From positions 1 through 59,982 of IMG/VR virus record IMGVR_UViG_3300048834_000230: a stretch of 59,982 nt of DNA; one strand, 5' to 3'. Positions 1-8,709 of the stretch are shown here, piece after piece; the stretch's first letter is position 1; the number at the start of each line of letters is the position of its first letter. The notes below the pieces were generated by a model. That model saw only the letters and a list, made by a program, of their open reading frames with translations. It was not told the origin of the DNA and made no database searches. A program made the translations under genes and the position numbers. The stretch is from a virus (taxonomy: Duplodnaviria > Caudoviricetes).

Positions 1-127
1 ATTCCCCTAAAGAATTCAGGGGATAGAAACCATCGGCTATGTTCCAGCCGATGAGAGGTTTATCACAGATAGTTTCACAGATAAGAGTGATTGTGTGAGG
101 CTGATCGTAGCTATTTAAGGCAATGAT
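1..127. repeat. Exact 127-bp terminal direct repeat (left copy); most likely an assembler circularisation overlap
   Basis: 1-127 is identical to 59856-59982; it lies inside a coding sequence, and 127 is a common assembly k-mer length. Confidence 0.95.
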
Positions 128-178
128 AGGGGTCGATACGTTGAGCATCTTGACCAGTGATTTGATTGTATCTGACAT
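1..178 (-). CDS. N-terminal part of the Ycf46-like AAA+ ATPase, continuing across the origin into 59855-58555
   Basis: ATG at 178 preceded by CTAGCACAAGGAA; MSDTIKSLVKMLNVSTPIIALNSYDQ...GWNIADG reads in frame into LQNIDPAEIK; joined protein 492 aa. Confidence 0.9.
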   Translation of the reverse strand, partial: MSDTIKSLVKMLNVSTPIIALNSYDQPHTITLICETICDKPLIGWNIADGFYPLNSLGE

Positions 179-238
179 AGTAAATTCCTTGTGCTAGGTG
201 ATATCTGAATTGCTAGAGGTTTCGATTGTGTGAGAGGA

Positions 239-460
239 TTAGCGGTAATTCTCATTGATCCAAATTGCACCAATTGAATTAGTTTGACCAGCTAAAGAGT
301 TATTCACCAATTGCTGGTTCTCATCTATTGAGTAGAGGTAAACAGAGGCATTAGTTGTGAACCGTTCAAGCAATTGCTTAATAGTCGTATCGTCAGCTAG
401 GCAATCACACAATCTAGCCCCGCTGATTCTATCTTCAACAAAATATCTGGTTTCTAACAT
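239..460 (-). CDS. Hypothetical early protein
   Basis: 73-aa ORF with AGCACAAGGAA leader upstream of ATG. Confidence 0.7.
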   Translation of the reverse strand: MLETRYFVEDRISGARLCDCLADDTTIKQLLERFTTNASVYLYSIDENQQLVNNSLAGQTNSIGAIWINENYR

Positions 461-533
461 GGTTTATTCCTTGTGCTGATGAGACAGATTATTTTCTTAA
501 ATGGTGAATCCTCGAAATCTAATCCGCCGCATT

Positions 534-809
534 TCAGCCATCCTTTCTAGTGAGGCTGTCGCCGCGGCGGCAACTAGCTGGGCTTTCGGTGTAACGATCC
601 GCGAACTCTGCTTCGGTGAAAGCATCGGCGGTCCCACCAAAACCAGCCATGGCCTCTTCGATGCAGGTGGCATCGTCCACCACACCACGGAATTCATTGC
701 CAGCCACTTCGTCGATCTGTATCATGTAGTACTTCATGTTTTTGACCCTCATTTTGCTGAATTGAATTGAGAACAGAACCTCTATTAAACGTAGAACCGA
801 TTTGTGCAA
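534..809 (-). CDS. Hypothetical early protein (true start probably near MKYY at about 738)
   Basis: ORF collinear with neighbouring minus-strand genes. Confidence 0.5.
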   Translation of the reverse strand: MHKSVLRLIEVLFSIQFSKMRVKNMKYYMIQIDEVAGNEFRGVVDDATCIEEAMAGFGGTADAFTEAEFADRYTESPASCRRGDSLTRKDG

Positions 810-1084
810 TCAGAGGTTTTAGTTGTAAATCCGATACCTGATAAGAACTTCACAGAATCACCTGATTTGGTTTCGATGAACGCTGGCAAACGCATACCAT
901 TAGGCTGTTCTGTTTTCCACCAATCAGAACTTCTCAATAGCTGACGATATCGGCGAATAGCATCCCTAGAACGTGAATAGACTCCGATTAGCTTCCCGTC
1001 AATCCATAAACAGAACTTGCTGGAGAATGAACGACACGGAACACCAATCAAACGAAAGCTATGATTACCGAATAGAACTGACAT
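785..1084 (-). CDS. Hypothetical early protein
   Basis: 99-aa ORF with CACAAGGAG RBS. Confidence 0.65.
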   Translation of the reverse strand: MSVLFGNHSFRLIGVPCRSFSSKFCLWIDGKLIGVYSRSRDAIRRYRQLLRSSDWWKTEQPNGMRLPAFIETKSGDSVKFLSGIGFTTKTSDCTNRFYV

Positions 1085-1832
1085 GCTTAGGACTCCTTGT
1101 GACTGACTGAATAACTACCGAACCTACGGTTCAAGGTAATCAGATATAGACAGAATGTCTATACCATTATCGGATTAAACTGATATCTAGCTTGAAATTG
1201 TTCTGAAATAGCTGTTTTTTTTGCTGTTTTTTGCTGCTAGCGTTCTCGAAATTATTTGGGCAATTTCATTGTATTTGCAATAGGTTTGCATTTGCAATCT
1301 ACACAATATGGGGTAATAACATCAGAAGTAGTATGTAACCCCTAGTGAATCATCCGATATCTAGCTTATGATCATTTCACACTAACCCTTTTACACCAGT
1401 GTTTTCTAATCATTGTACAAATGTTCATTAGTAAGGAAGGTGTAGTATTTTCTACCTAGAGGGAATTACCTAGGGGGTTCTTACTGATTAGAACTATCTA
1501 GAGTATATACATTGATCAATACATACTAGATAGAATGCACTAGATTATTCACACTGATAGGTCTACCCTAGCGGAGAAGTTCTCGGGTCCCATAGTGGGT
1601 GTATATTCAAACTACGGGGGCATACCAGTGGTTTTAATTCAGTAGTGTAAACCAACCACCACTAATCAATATACACTACTAGGGTATAACATCTATAGTA
1701 ATTTATAATTAGGGTCCCATCTAAGTACCTTTAACCTTAAAGGGATTCATTGAGTGTAAAAATCCAGCAGATATAAATAGGTTCCATCTAGCGACATTTT
1801 CTAGTAAGCTAGATACAGAAAGGAACCTTACT
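1085..1832. promoter_or_regulatory. Long divergent non-coding region; candidate control region or physical genome end
   Basis: No ORF of 60 aa or more; strand switch; hairpin TATAGACA-GAA-TGTCTATA 1145-1163; GATATCTAGCTT at 1182 and 1356 (partial inverted copy at 1806); GGGTCCCAT at 1585 and 1712. Confidence 0.55.
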
Positions 1833-2358
1833 ATGAAACTATTTCAATTCGATCTGAATGGCACTGTTCTTAATCTCAATGGAGTAAACCCTAAAGAGAT
1901 ACATGCCTATATCAAACTCATTTATCAAACTCATTAACCTAGAGAAGTGGTATCCTTGGGTATATCCTGATACCTGGGGTATGTTACCCGCTCATTTAGA
2001 TTCTAGAGGTGGTATCGAGAGACTACGCAAAAAGAATCTAGTTGTTACTTGTTCTAACAATCCCTTAGCTCTACAAGCTATGCAATGCCGGAGTAACAAG
2101 ATCGTCTTTGATGCTCTCATTCCCTTAGAATCAATCCAAGTCTATAAGCCTCATTCACCGGAAGCCTACATGCTTCCCTATACTATGATGGGATTATCCA
2201 AAGAAGATGTTATCCATGTTACCGCTAATAAAGAATTCGGTGATTTGGAAATGTGTCACAAGCTAGGTATCAAAACAGAATTCATAGATAGATTGAATCA
2301 CTACAAAGGAGTACATCCTAGAACACTAGTTGAACTTGCAGAAAAGTACGGATGCTAA
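1833..2358 (+). pseudogene. HAD-superfamily (haloacid-dehalogenase-like) hydrolase frameshifted by a 13-bp duplication
   Basis: ATG 1833 with AAGGA RBS gives MKLFQFDLNGTV (motif I); downstream frame has CSN (II), YKP (III), HV...D (IV); the frames join if one TATCAAACTCATT copy is removed. Confidence 0.8.
1910..1935 (+). repeat. Perfect 13-bp tandem duplication TATCAAACTCATT x2
   Basis: Read directly at 1910-1922 and 1923-1935. Confidence 0.95.
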
Positions 2359-2844
2359 ATGAATCAAATCAATCTCACACTAGAATACCCCCCTTCTATC
2401 AATTGCTACTATCGAATGTGGAAAGGGAGATATCTACTCTCTGCCGAAGGTAGAGCCTATAAGGAGTATGTTCACAAAGTCCTACCCTCTTTTCTGGGAA
2501 AGAAATATGAACCACTAAAGGGGCGATTGAAAATCTACATAGGTCTATCGAGATACGACAAACGAGAGTATGACATTGATAACTTCGTCAAAGGCTTGCT
2601 AGATGCTCTCAAAGGTGAAGTATTTGTTGATGATCGCCAGATAGATAAGCTAATCACAGAGAGATTGCCGGTAACACCAGGGGGGTATGCGAATATCCTC
2701 ATCGAATACAGCCGTCCCTATAGAAAGAAAACAGTAAAAAGAAGAGTACCGAATCCTAAAAAGCAATCAGAGCATCAACAGTTCCTAGAGGCTATCAGCA
2801 GAAAGAAGCCTGTGAAGAAAGGTACAAAGAAAAGAAGAAGATGA
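2359..2844 (+). CDS. rusA: RusA-family Holliday junction resolvase with basic C-terminal tail
   Basis: YPPSINCYYR, DIDNFVKGLLDAL, DDRQI motifs. Confidence 0.92.
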   Translation: MNQINLTLEYPPSINCYYRMWKGRYLLSAEGRAYKEYVHKVLPSFLGKKYEPLKGRLKIYIGLSRYDKREYDIDNFVKGLLDALKGEVFVDDRQIDKLITERLPVTPGGYANILIEYSRPYRKKTVKRRVPNPKKQSEHQQFLEAISRKKPVKKGTKKRRR

Positions 2845-3128
2845 AACCTATCATTAAAAAAACAATAGTGCGTATCGTAAAGAGTGGAACTTATCAGACT
2901 GTACAATACAACAGAGGTAAAATTACTAAGGGACCATTCCTAGATTACAAAGATGCTGTTAAGCAAGGTTATGCGATGACTCGCAAACAATCCCAAATAG
3001 TTATCGCGGAATTATGTAAGACGATAACAAAAGAGGGTATTACTGCTCTAGTTGTGTTCTTTGATGATCCACAAAAAGAAATCAGTAATACCCTCAAGAA
3101 GAAATCAGTTAAGAAGCGTAGGTGTTAG
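2841..3128 (+). CDS. Hypothetical basic protein
   Basis: ATGA overlap with rusA. Confidence 0.6.
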   Translation: MKPIIKKTIVRIVKSGTYQTVQYNRGKITKGPFLDYKDAVKQGYAMTRKQSQIVIAELCKTITKEGITALVVFFDDPQKEISNTLKKKSVKKRRC

Positions 3129-3385
3129 GATTCCCTTTGTGTAGCAGTACGGTTCCATCTACGATCTACTTGTAATCCAGGTGCCAGATATCCACCCAAA
3201 CCTGTAGAATTATAGCTTAATAGTCTATATGACATACCACCAGTAAATATAGGGTAAGCATCTACAAAGCAATCCTCACACCTAGACCCATAACAGGGAT
3301 GGGTAGGCTTACCACAACGGCATTTAGATACTCCCCCTTCAACTTGTGCTATTACTGCATCATGTTGTTCTTCAGTTAGTTTCAT
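3125..3385 (-). CDS. Small Cys-rich (Zn-finger-like) protein
   Basis: CRCG...RCEDC; ATGA overlap with the upstream gene. Confidence 0.6.
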   Translation of the reverse strand: MKLTEEQHDAVIAQVEGGVSKCRCGKPTHPCYGSRCEDCFVDAYPIFTGGMSYRLLSYNSTGLGGYLAPGLQVDRRWNRTATQRES

Positions 3386-3675
3386 GCAACTACCTCTGCA
3401 TTAGGTTCTGGTTGTATACCAACTAGGATAAATCTACCTACTTGAACAGCATTGAGAAATTCGACAAGGCTCATAGGAGCAGGATTTTCAAGAAGGTTAA
3501 AATATACTTTTTCAAATTTAACCATGTAGATTTCTAGCAAGTTTCGATCTTTAGCTAGAGTGTCATACCAGATTGTTCTTTCAGCCGGTCCATTTTGAGT
3601 ACAGAGAGTAGTACACACCGGAATGTAAGGATACTTCTTTAACTCTCTTGCTGACTTTGCACTAACAGTAATCAT
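3382..3675 (-). CDS. Hypothetical protein
   Basis: Operon-packed ORF. Confidence 0.6.
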   Translation of the reverse strand: MITVSAKSARELKKYPYIPVCTTLCTQNGPAERTIWYDTLAKDRNLLEIYMVKFEKVYFNLLENPAPMSLVEFLNAVQVGRFILVGIQPEPNAEVVA

Positions 3676-3676
3676 A

Positions 3677-4042
3677 CTATCCTCTTTGGTTAAGTTGACA
3701 ATCGTATTCCCAAATCCTTTTAACTAAGCGAACATCCATGATAAGTAAATCAGCTATTTCTTGTGCCGAGTAGTCCGCATACTTAGAAACAAAATAGATT
3801 TCTTCACGTAACTCATTGATGATCCGCGTTATTGTAGCTACAGAAATTTTCACCTTCTTTCTGATTTGAGTGTAGCTATCTCCTTCAGCTAAGAAATTAT
3901 GTATTTTCAGCAATTGAGAATCTGAAATCTTTCCTAGTTTATTGTACTCATCAGAAAGATTCTTACCGCAATCCTTGCAGACGAATCTACGGGAATTTCC
4001 CTTAAATCCGGCTTTAGTTAGCTGTTTATGCTCACAGTGCAT
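3677..4042 (-). CDS. InsA-like Zn-ribbon plus HTH DNA-binding protein
   Basis: C-x...KAG...RFVCKDCGK ribbon; SYTQIRKKVKISVATITRI HTH; second HTH-like SAQEIADLL. Confidence 0.65.
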   Translation of the reverse strand: MHCEHKQLTKAGFKGNSRRFVCKDCGKNLSDEYNKLGKISDSQLLKIHNFLAEGDSYTQIRKKVKISVATITRIINELREEIYFVSKYADYSAQEIADLLIMDVRLVKRIWEYDCQLNQRG

Positions 4043-4139
4043 TCTTTCTCCCAGAAAAGAATTGACAACGTATTGCTAATAGTAGACAATTTATCTACTT
4101 TACTAGTGTATTGCAATACTTCTTTTTCTGGAGAAAGGA
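4043..4139. promoter_or_regulatory. Divergent promoter region flanked by inverted TTTCTCC(C)AGAAAA motifs
   Basis: TTGACA 4062-4067, 17 nt, GACAAT; motif at 4045-4058 and inverted at 4123-4136; GTAGA-n7-TCTAC dyad. Confidence 0.6.
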
Positions 4140-4226
4140 ATGGATAGTGCCGAAAAGAAAACTGTAGCTATCGGCGTATTGTTTGTAGTGGTTCTAGGAT
4201 TACTCAAGTATTGGTTAGGTCAATAA
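4140..4226 (+). CDS. 28-aa single-TM peptide
   Basis: GGAGAAAGGA RBS; MDSAEKKTVAIGVLFVVVLGLLKYWLGQ. Confidence 0.5.
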   Translation: MDSAEKKTVAIGVLFVVVLGLLKYWLGQ

Positions 4227-4247
4227 ACCTAACAGAAAGGTTTGAAC

Positions 4248-4769
4248 ATGTCATTTACTAAGAAGAAAGCACCAAAGAAAAGCACAGTAGCAGGTGAACG
4301 TGAGAAATTGGATTTAACTAAAGATTGGAAAACTGGATACGAGATTATTGAGACAGGGGACCCCACTAATCGAATTGATTGTGTTCTTGTAAAAGCTGAA
4401 GAAGGTAAACTTTATGTTTTTACAGAAGATGATATGTGTGCTGTAGATTCTGACTTAGACTCTCATCGTATTTACTATTTTGATGAATATGGTGATATGA
4501 ATGATGACTTTTCATTGAGAGTGAAAAAGCCTATCTCATATCGTCCATATATTTTTGAAGACTTTGAAGAAGACAAAAATCTTATCGGTAAAGTAGTAAC
4601 ACCGAAGGATGAATTTCAAGGTTACTATGTCATTACTTCAGCAGTAGTACCTGCTCAAGAATTACCTTTATCTATAGGTTTAGGTAATATTTATGTTAGT
4701 GCTGGTACATTACTATCAGAATACATTTTTACTAATGGTAAACCATGCGGAGTTATCGTTAATGAGTAA
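4248..4769 (+). CDS. Hypothetical protein
   Basis: ORF with GAAAGG RBS. Confidence 0.7.
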   Translation: MSFTKKKAPKKSTVAGEREKLDLTKDWKTGYEIIETGDPTNRIDCVLVKAEEGKLYVFTEDDMCAVDSDLDSHRIYYFDEYGDMNDDFSLRVKKPISYRPYIFEDFEEDKNLIGKVVTPKDEFQGYYVITSAVVPAQELPLSIGLGNIYVSAGTLLSEYIFTNGKPCGVIVNE

Positions 4770-5097
4770 AATTCTACTTGAACTTGAACAAGATGATCTG
4801 AAACAACTACAAGAAGGTAAATCAGTTGTTTCACCTGCTGAGGGTAGCACTCCTGAAATTGTTATTAAGATGAAAACAGAACGAGTACACAGTTTGCTTA
4901 TTACTCATCTAGCAACAGACCCAACTAAGAAGAGAGTTAGCTTAGAGGGTATTACAATTCGATCAGATATTGATGACTCGGCTGATCTAGAAGAACATCA
5001 AGAATCAGAAGTCTTTCTGACAGATAGCCAATTAAAGCGTATGTTGAGTGAATTGAATACCATTTTATTAGAAGGAGAAATCAATGCCGCAAGGTGA
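4762..5097 (+). CDS. Hypothetical protein
   Basis: Likely start MSKILL overlapping the upstream gene end. Confidence 0.65.
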   Translation: MSKILLELEQDDLKQLQEGKSVVSPAEGSTPEIVIKMKTERVHSLLITHLATDPTKKRVSLEGITIRSDIDDSADLEEHQESEVFLTDSQLKRMLSELNTILLEGEINAAR

Positions 5098-5326
5098 TGC
5101 CCATTTAATTGGATCAACATTTGATACGGAAACAAGTATCATTAGATATTGGACTCCGGGACAGCCATCATGTATGGTTCATATTAGTGATGTAAAACAA
5201 TTAAGAAAGATGTTGAAAAAAACATCTAAGCAGTTAAAACAAACTCTTAAAGAGAAAAAGAAGCAAGAAAAGATCGCTCAAAAACTAGCAAAAAAATTTA
5301 AGGAGAATAGTAATGCAAGTAACTAA
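5084..5326 (+). CDS. Hypothetical protein, Lys-rich coiled-coil C-terminus
   Basis: AGGAG RBS. Confidence 0.65.
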   Translation: MPQGDAHLIGSTFDTETSIIRYWTPGQPSCMVHISDVKQLRKMLKKTSKQLKQTLKEKKKQEKIAQKLAKKFKENSNASN

Positions 5327-5645
5327 CATGGCTCACGGGTACAGCAAAATACTCGGTAATGATGGTACTTGGGTCCCAATGGTGAAAATAGCAGTTCAAA
5401 CTGAAGATGGAACTGTTAGCGAATTAGACTTTAGTAGAAATAATCTTAGTGAGTTCATTGGGAGTTTGGTTAAAGTTGAAAAAGAAATGAACCAGTTTAT
5501 GAAGCCAAAGGTGGATAAGTTGGTTAGTGCGATTCGATTAACATTAGCTTCTAGTGAATTCAGTGATGTAGAGCTAACACCTGCACAGTCTGATCGGTTA
5601 GCAGAAGTCTTGATTGAACGTGGTGTTATTTTTGAAGGAAAATAA
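5313..5645 (+). CDS. Hypothetical protein
   Basis: AAGGAG RBS. Confidence 0.7.
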   Translation: MQVTNMAHGYSKILGNDGTWVPMVKIAVQTEDGTVSELDFSRNNLSEFIGSLVKVEKEMNQFMKPKVDKLVSAIRLTLASSEFSDVELTPAQSDRLAEVLIERGVIFEGK

Positions 5646-5647
5646 TT

Positions 5648-6676
5648 ATGATAGAATTTGTTTTAGCCTGTATGATTAGTTCTTATCATATAGGTAATTC
5701 TCTTACTATGGATGGATTAGGTAATAATCCTACTAGTACGCTAGGAATTGAGCATATTGCCAATAAACATAACCAAGATTTAACGATTGGTTATCATGGG
5801 GATTCGTCACAATCACTTAATTCCATTTGGGATAACCCTAATGGGGTAGGTACAGATGGTATCAATTGGAAGCGTAGCCCTTATGATGACTATACGAATG
5901 CCCTAACAAATTACGCTTGGGATGTTGTTTTACTTCAACCATACCTAGGACAATTATCTACTTATGGTCAAGATAAGACGGCTATTGATAACTTCATTAA
6001 CTTGACCAATAATACTGATACAATAGTGTATATTTACCAAGTATGGCCGTGGCAATCTCAAGGGGAATATCGTGAATTTTGGAATAGTGAATCTGTCAAC
6101 AATGATCTAACTCCTACTCGTGCTAAAAGACAGTATTACACTAATCTTATGGAATATCTGCATGATACATATACACCAAATGGAATTGTAGTTAGACAAG
6201 TTCCTACTGGTGAAGTTTGGTATAAGATTGCAGAAGCTATCCATAATGGGGATATTACTGAAATATCTATGGTAAACATGTATGGAGACGATATTCATGC
6301 TTCTAGCAATATAGGTAGATATACAGCAGCAGCTACAGTTTATTCAACACTATTTAGAATACCTGTTACAGAACTACCGGAACTAGGATACTTCAATAAT
6401 ATGATTTCATTGAGTAGTCTTGTAGAAAAGATTAACAAGATTATTTGGGAAGTTGTATCTAATGATCGCTATTCAGGAGTAGGTGACTTTAACGATGATG
6501 GTTATGTAGATGCTGCTGATCTACTTGTATGGCAAGATACAGGAACATCTGGTAGAGATTTTTTACACTGGCAAAGAAATTTCCATCAAAATACCCCAAG
6601 TATCCTTGCAATTCCAGAACCTAGTACCCTATACTTAGTTAGTGTACTTTTACCCCTATTTATGAAAAGGAGCTAG
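5648..6676 (+). CDS. SGNH/GDSL-like (DUF4886-like) hydrolase with dockerin-like repeat and PEP-CTERM sorting signal
   Basis: IGNSLT, WDVVLLQPY, DDIH catalytic blocks; GDFNDDGYVDAADLLVWQ...DFLHWQRNF; C-terminal IPEPST, hydrophobic stretch, KR. Confidence 0.8.
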   Translation: MIEFVLACMISSYHIGNSLTMDGLGNNPTSTLGIEHIANKHNQDLTIGYHGDSSQSLNSIWDNPNGVGTDGINWKRSPYDDYTNALTNYAWDVVLLQPYLGQLSTYGQDKTAIDNFINLTNNTDTIVYIYQVWPWQSQGEYREFWNSESVNNDLTPTRAKRQYYTNLMEYLHDTYTPNGIVVRQVPTGEVWYKIAEAIHNGDITEISMVNMYGDDIHASSNIGRYTAAATVYSTLFRIPVTELPELGYFNNMISLSSLVEKINKIIWEVVSNDRYSGVGDFNDDGYVDAADLLVWQDTGTSGRDFLHWQRNFHQNTPSILAIPEPSTLYLVSVLLPLFMKRS

Positions 6677-6679
6677 ATA

Positions 6680-7153
6680 ATGACAACTGCTGTAGAAGTT
6701 GTACCTGCAAAAACAGCTACAAAACCCAAGACGAAGGCTAAGTCTAAGTCAAAAACTAAGAGTAAGGCAAAGCAACCAGCAAAGAAAACAGCTAAGAAGC
6801 CTCTTACTGAAAAGCAAAAGGCTAGTTTGAAGAAATTTAAGTCTGGTAGTGAGCATCACGCCTACAATCGTACAAAAGAATCTGGGGGCTTGTTGACAGA
6901 ACGCCAAACCCAAATTCTACGTTTAGTAGTTCTTGGGTGTTCCGTTCGTGAGATTGCTACACTAACAGAATTGGCAGTCTCAACTGTCGATAATCATAAA
7001 GCTGCTATGATGGGCATTTTGGAATGCCACAAGATTCAATTGCTTGTTCTTCGTGCTATCGAAATGAAGATCATCAAGCCAACTGATACCCTTACTCCTG
7101 CTGAAATGAAGAAGCTTGGGGGTGATTGGAAAGATGGTTGGAACCGTCGATAA
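6680..7153 (+). CDS. LuxR-type HTH regulator with histone-like Lys/Ala-rich N-terminus
   Basis: LTERQTQILRLVVLGCSVREIA...STVDNHK. Confidence 0.85.
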   Translation: MTTAVEVVPAKTATKPKTKAKSKSKTKSKAKQPAKKTAKKPLTEKQKASLKKFKSGSEHHAYNRTKESGGLLTERQTQILRLVVLGCSVREIATLTELAVSTVDNHKAAMMGILECHKIQLLVLRAIEMKIIKPTDTLTPAEMKKLGGDWKDGWNRR

Positions 7154-7171
7154 GAATAGTTGATTCCTTCT

Positions 7172-7222
7172 AGGCAATCCAAGTAGTATACTGAAAGGTA
7201 TCTCTTGGATTGCTTATTTTTT
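7172..7222 (+). terminator. Intrinsic terminator-like hairpin
   Basis: GCAATCCAAG...CTTGGATTGC followed by a T-run. Confidence 0.6.
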
Positions 7223-7234
7223 GGAGTTTAGGAA

Positions 7235-8173
7235 ATGGCGAAGAAGAAAGCCGTAAAAAAATCTGCTAAGCCTGTTAGACCAACAAAGAAAAAAGCACCT
7301 AAGAAGAAAGGGGTATTTAATACCTATGCTAAAGAGGCAAAGGCTAAACCCGTATCTATCAAGAAAGCTGCTAAAAAAATTACCGATCAAGGAGATAAAG
7401 ATTTAGTAGGAAATAATATCTTTACTCTACTGGATATACCTAATCGAAAGAAACTACCAGCTAAAGGTACAGAACTGTCTAAGATTTATAATGTCATTGA
7501 AAAACGTCCTGATGATTACAAATACTTCATTGCCCAAATCAAAGATGGTGTAAGTCTTAATGTTGCTTGTGCTGCTAGTGGTATTTGTTCCCCCCAAGAA
7601 CTAATGACATATCTCCGTAGAGGGGCACAAGATATTAACCGTTATGAAGATAGAGTAGAAGATACTTACTATGCTCGATTATTCAATGATGTTAATAGAA
7701 CAGCCGCAATTAGCATTGGTGAAGTAGAAACAAGTATCAAAGAAGATGATCCTAAGTTCTTCTTACGGAATAGCCCCTTAGCTCGATTGTTTGGGGATGC
7801 TTGGCGTGATGATCCTGCTACAACTAAGAGCATTCAACATACCCATACTGGTAATGTATCTCTTGAAAGTGTTTTAGGTAGCCCATCAGAAGTTAAACAG
7901 ATTGACTCTGATCCTGATACACTTGCTCTTACAGAAGAAGAAAAGCATAATTCTTTAGAAGAATTAGCTGCTGCTGGTCTAATTACTTTGAATGAGGATT
8001 ACTACATAGCTAAACGTATTCAAGCTGGTGAATTACTATCAGATGAAGAAATGGAAGCTATGGAAGATGAAGTTTCTGATGGTTGTGACGGTGTGTTACA
8101 ACTCAATAGTGAAGGTATGCCACTTAGGCTACCTAGCCCCGTTGAAATCGAAGGAGAAATTATAGATGGGTAA
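7235..8173 (+). CDS. Putative terminase small subunit
   Basis: HTH-like SLNVACAASGI..., IQHTHTG motif typical of TerS; position upstream of TerL. Confidence 0.55.
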   Translation: MAKKKAVKKSAKPVRPTKKKAPKKKGVFNTYAKEAKAKPVSIKKAAKKITDQGDKDLVGNNIFTLLDIPNRKKLPAKGTELSKIYNVIEKRPDDYKYFIAQIKDGVSLNVACAASGICSPQELMTYLRRGAQDINRYEDRVEDTYYARLFNDVNRTAAISIGEVETSIKEDDPKFFLRNSPLARLFGDAWRDDPATTKSIQHTHTGNVSLESVLGSPSEVKQIDSDPDTLALTEEEKHNSLEELAAAGLITLNEDYYIAKRIQAGELLSDEEMEAMEDEVSDGCDGVLQLNSEGMPLRLPSPVEIEGEIIDG

Positions 8174-8612
8174 AAGTAATGCTGATCTTGAGAAAGAAGT
8201 ATCTAGTCTTTCTGCAAAGTTGAAAGAACTAGAAGGTAAGTATAATCAAGAAGCAGATAAAGCTATCAAGGCTGAAACGGCTCTCTCTGAATTGCAAGCA
8301 AAGCACAACGATCTTCTTAGTGACTCTAGTAAGTCTGAAGTTGATATTAAGACTTTGAACGATCAGATTCGTGTCTTGGAAGATAAGATTAGCCGTATGA
8401 AAGAGGCTGGTGCTATGAGCCAGCCGGTAAGCCCTGGTGAACTAGCCATGCTTACCATTATGATGCTTGGACATACTAAGAACAGCTTGGGCATCTATAC
8501 AGGAAATGAGGCTGAATTTAACCTTCAGACTGTTAAGGCTATTCCTATGGCGGCTAGAGGGGTCCATGAACTCCTAAAAGTTCTTCAAGAAGGTGTTGAC
8601 TCCCAAGTATAG
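8166..8612 (+). CDS. Coiled-coil hypothetical protein
   Basis: Heptad-rich N-terminal half; AGGAG RBS. Confidence 0.7.
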   Translation: MGKSNADLEKEVSSLSAKLKELEGKYNQEADKAIKAETALSELQAKHNDLLSDSSKSEVDIKTLNDQIRVLEDKISRMKEAGAMSQPVSPGELAMLTIMMLGHTKNSLGIYTGNEAEFNLQTVKAIPMAARGVHELLKVLQEGVDSQV

Positions 8613-8669
8613 ATAATCTATTCTTGGAATTGATTTGGCAGTACGGCAAGAATTGGGCTGGTTTTGCAA

Positions 8670-8709
8670 ACCCCCTAGGAACTTAATTGATCCTAGGGGG
8701 TGTTTTTTT
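8670..8709. terminator. Terminator between convergent genes
   Basis: ACCCCCTAGGA/TCCTAGGGGGT 11-bp stem followed by a T-run. Confidence 0.8.

Noticed and set aside
1-127. Terminal repeat as a biological DTR
   Set aside because: It is exactly 127 bp (k-mer sized) and lies mid-gene; best explained as an assembly overlap
497-770. Overlapping ORFs 497-697 (-) and 501-770 (+)
   Set aside because: Shadow frames of a locally GC-richer gene; no RBS or motif support
1903-2358. 151-aa ORF as a complete gene
   Set aside because: It lacks HAD motif I and an RBS; the real start is 1833, upstream of the duplication
3677-4042. IS1 element
   Set aside because: InsA-like domain only; no InsB/DDE transposase or terminal inverted repeats around it
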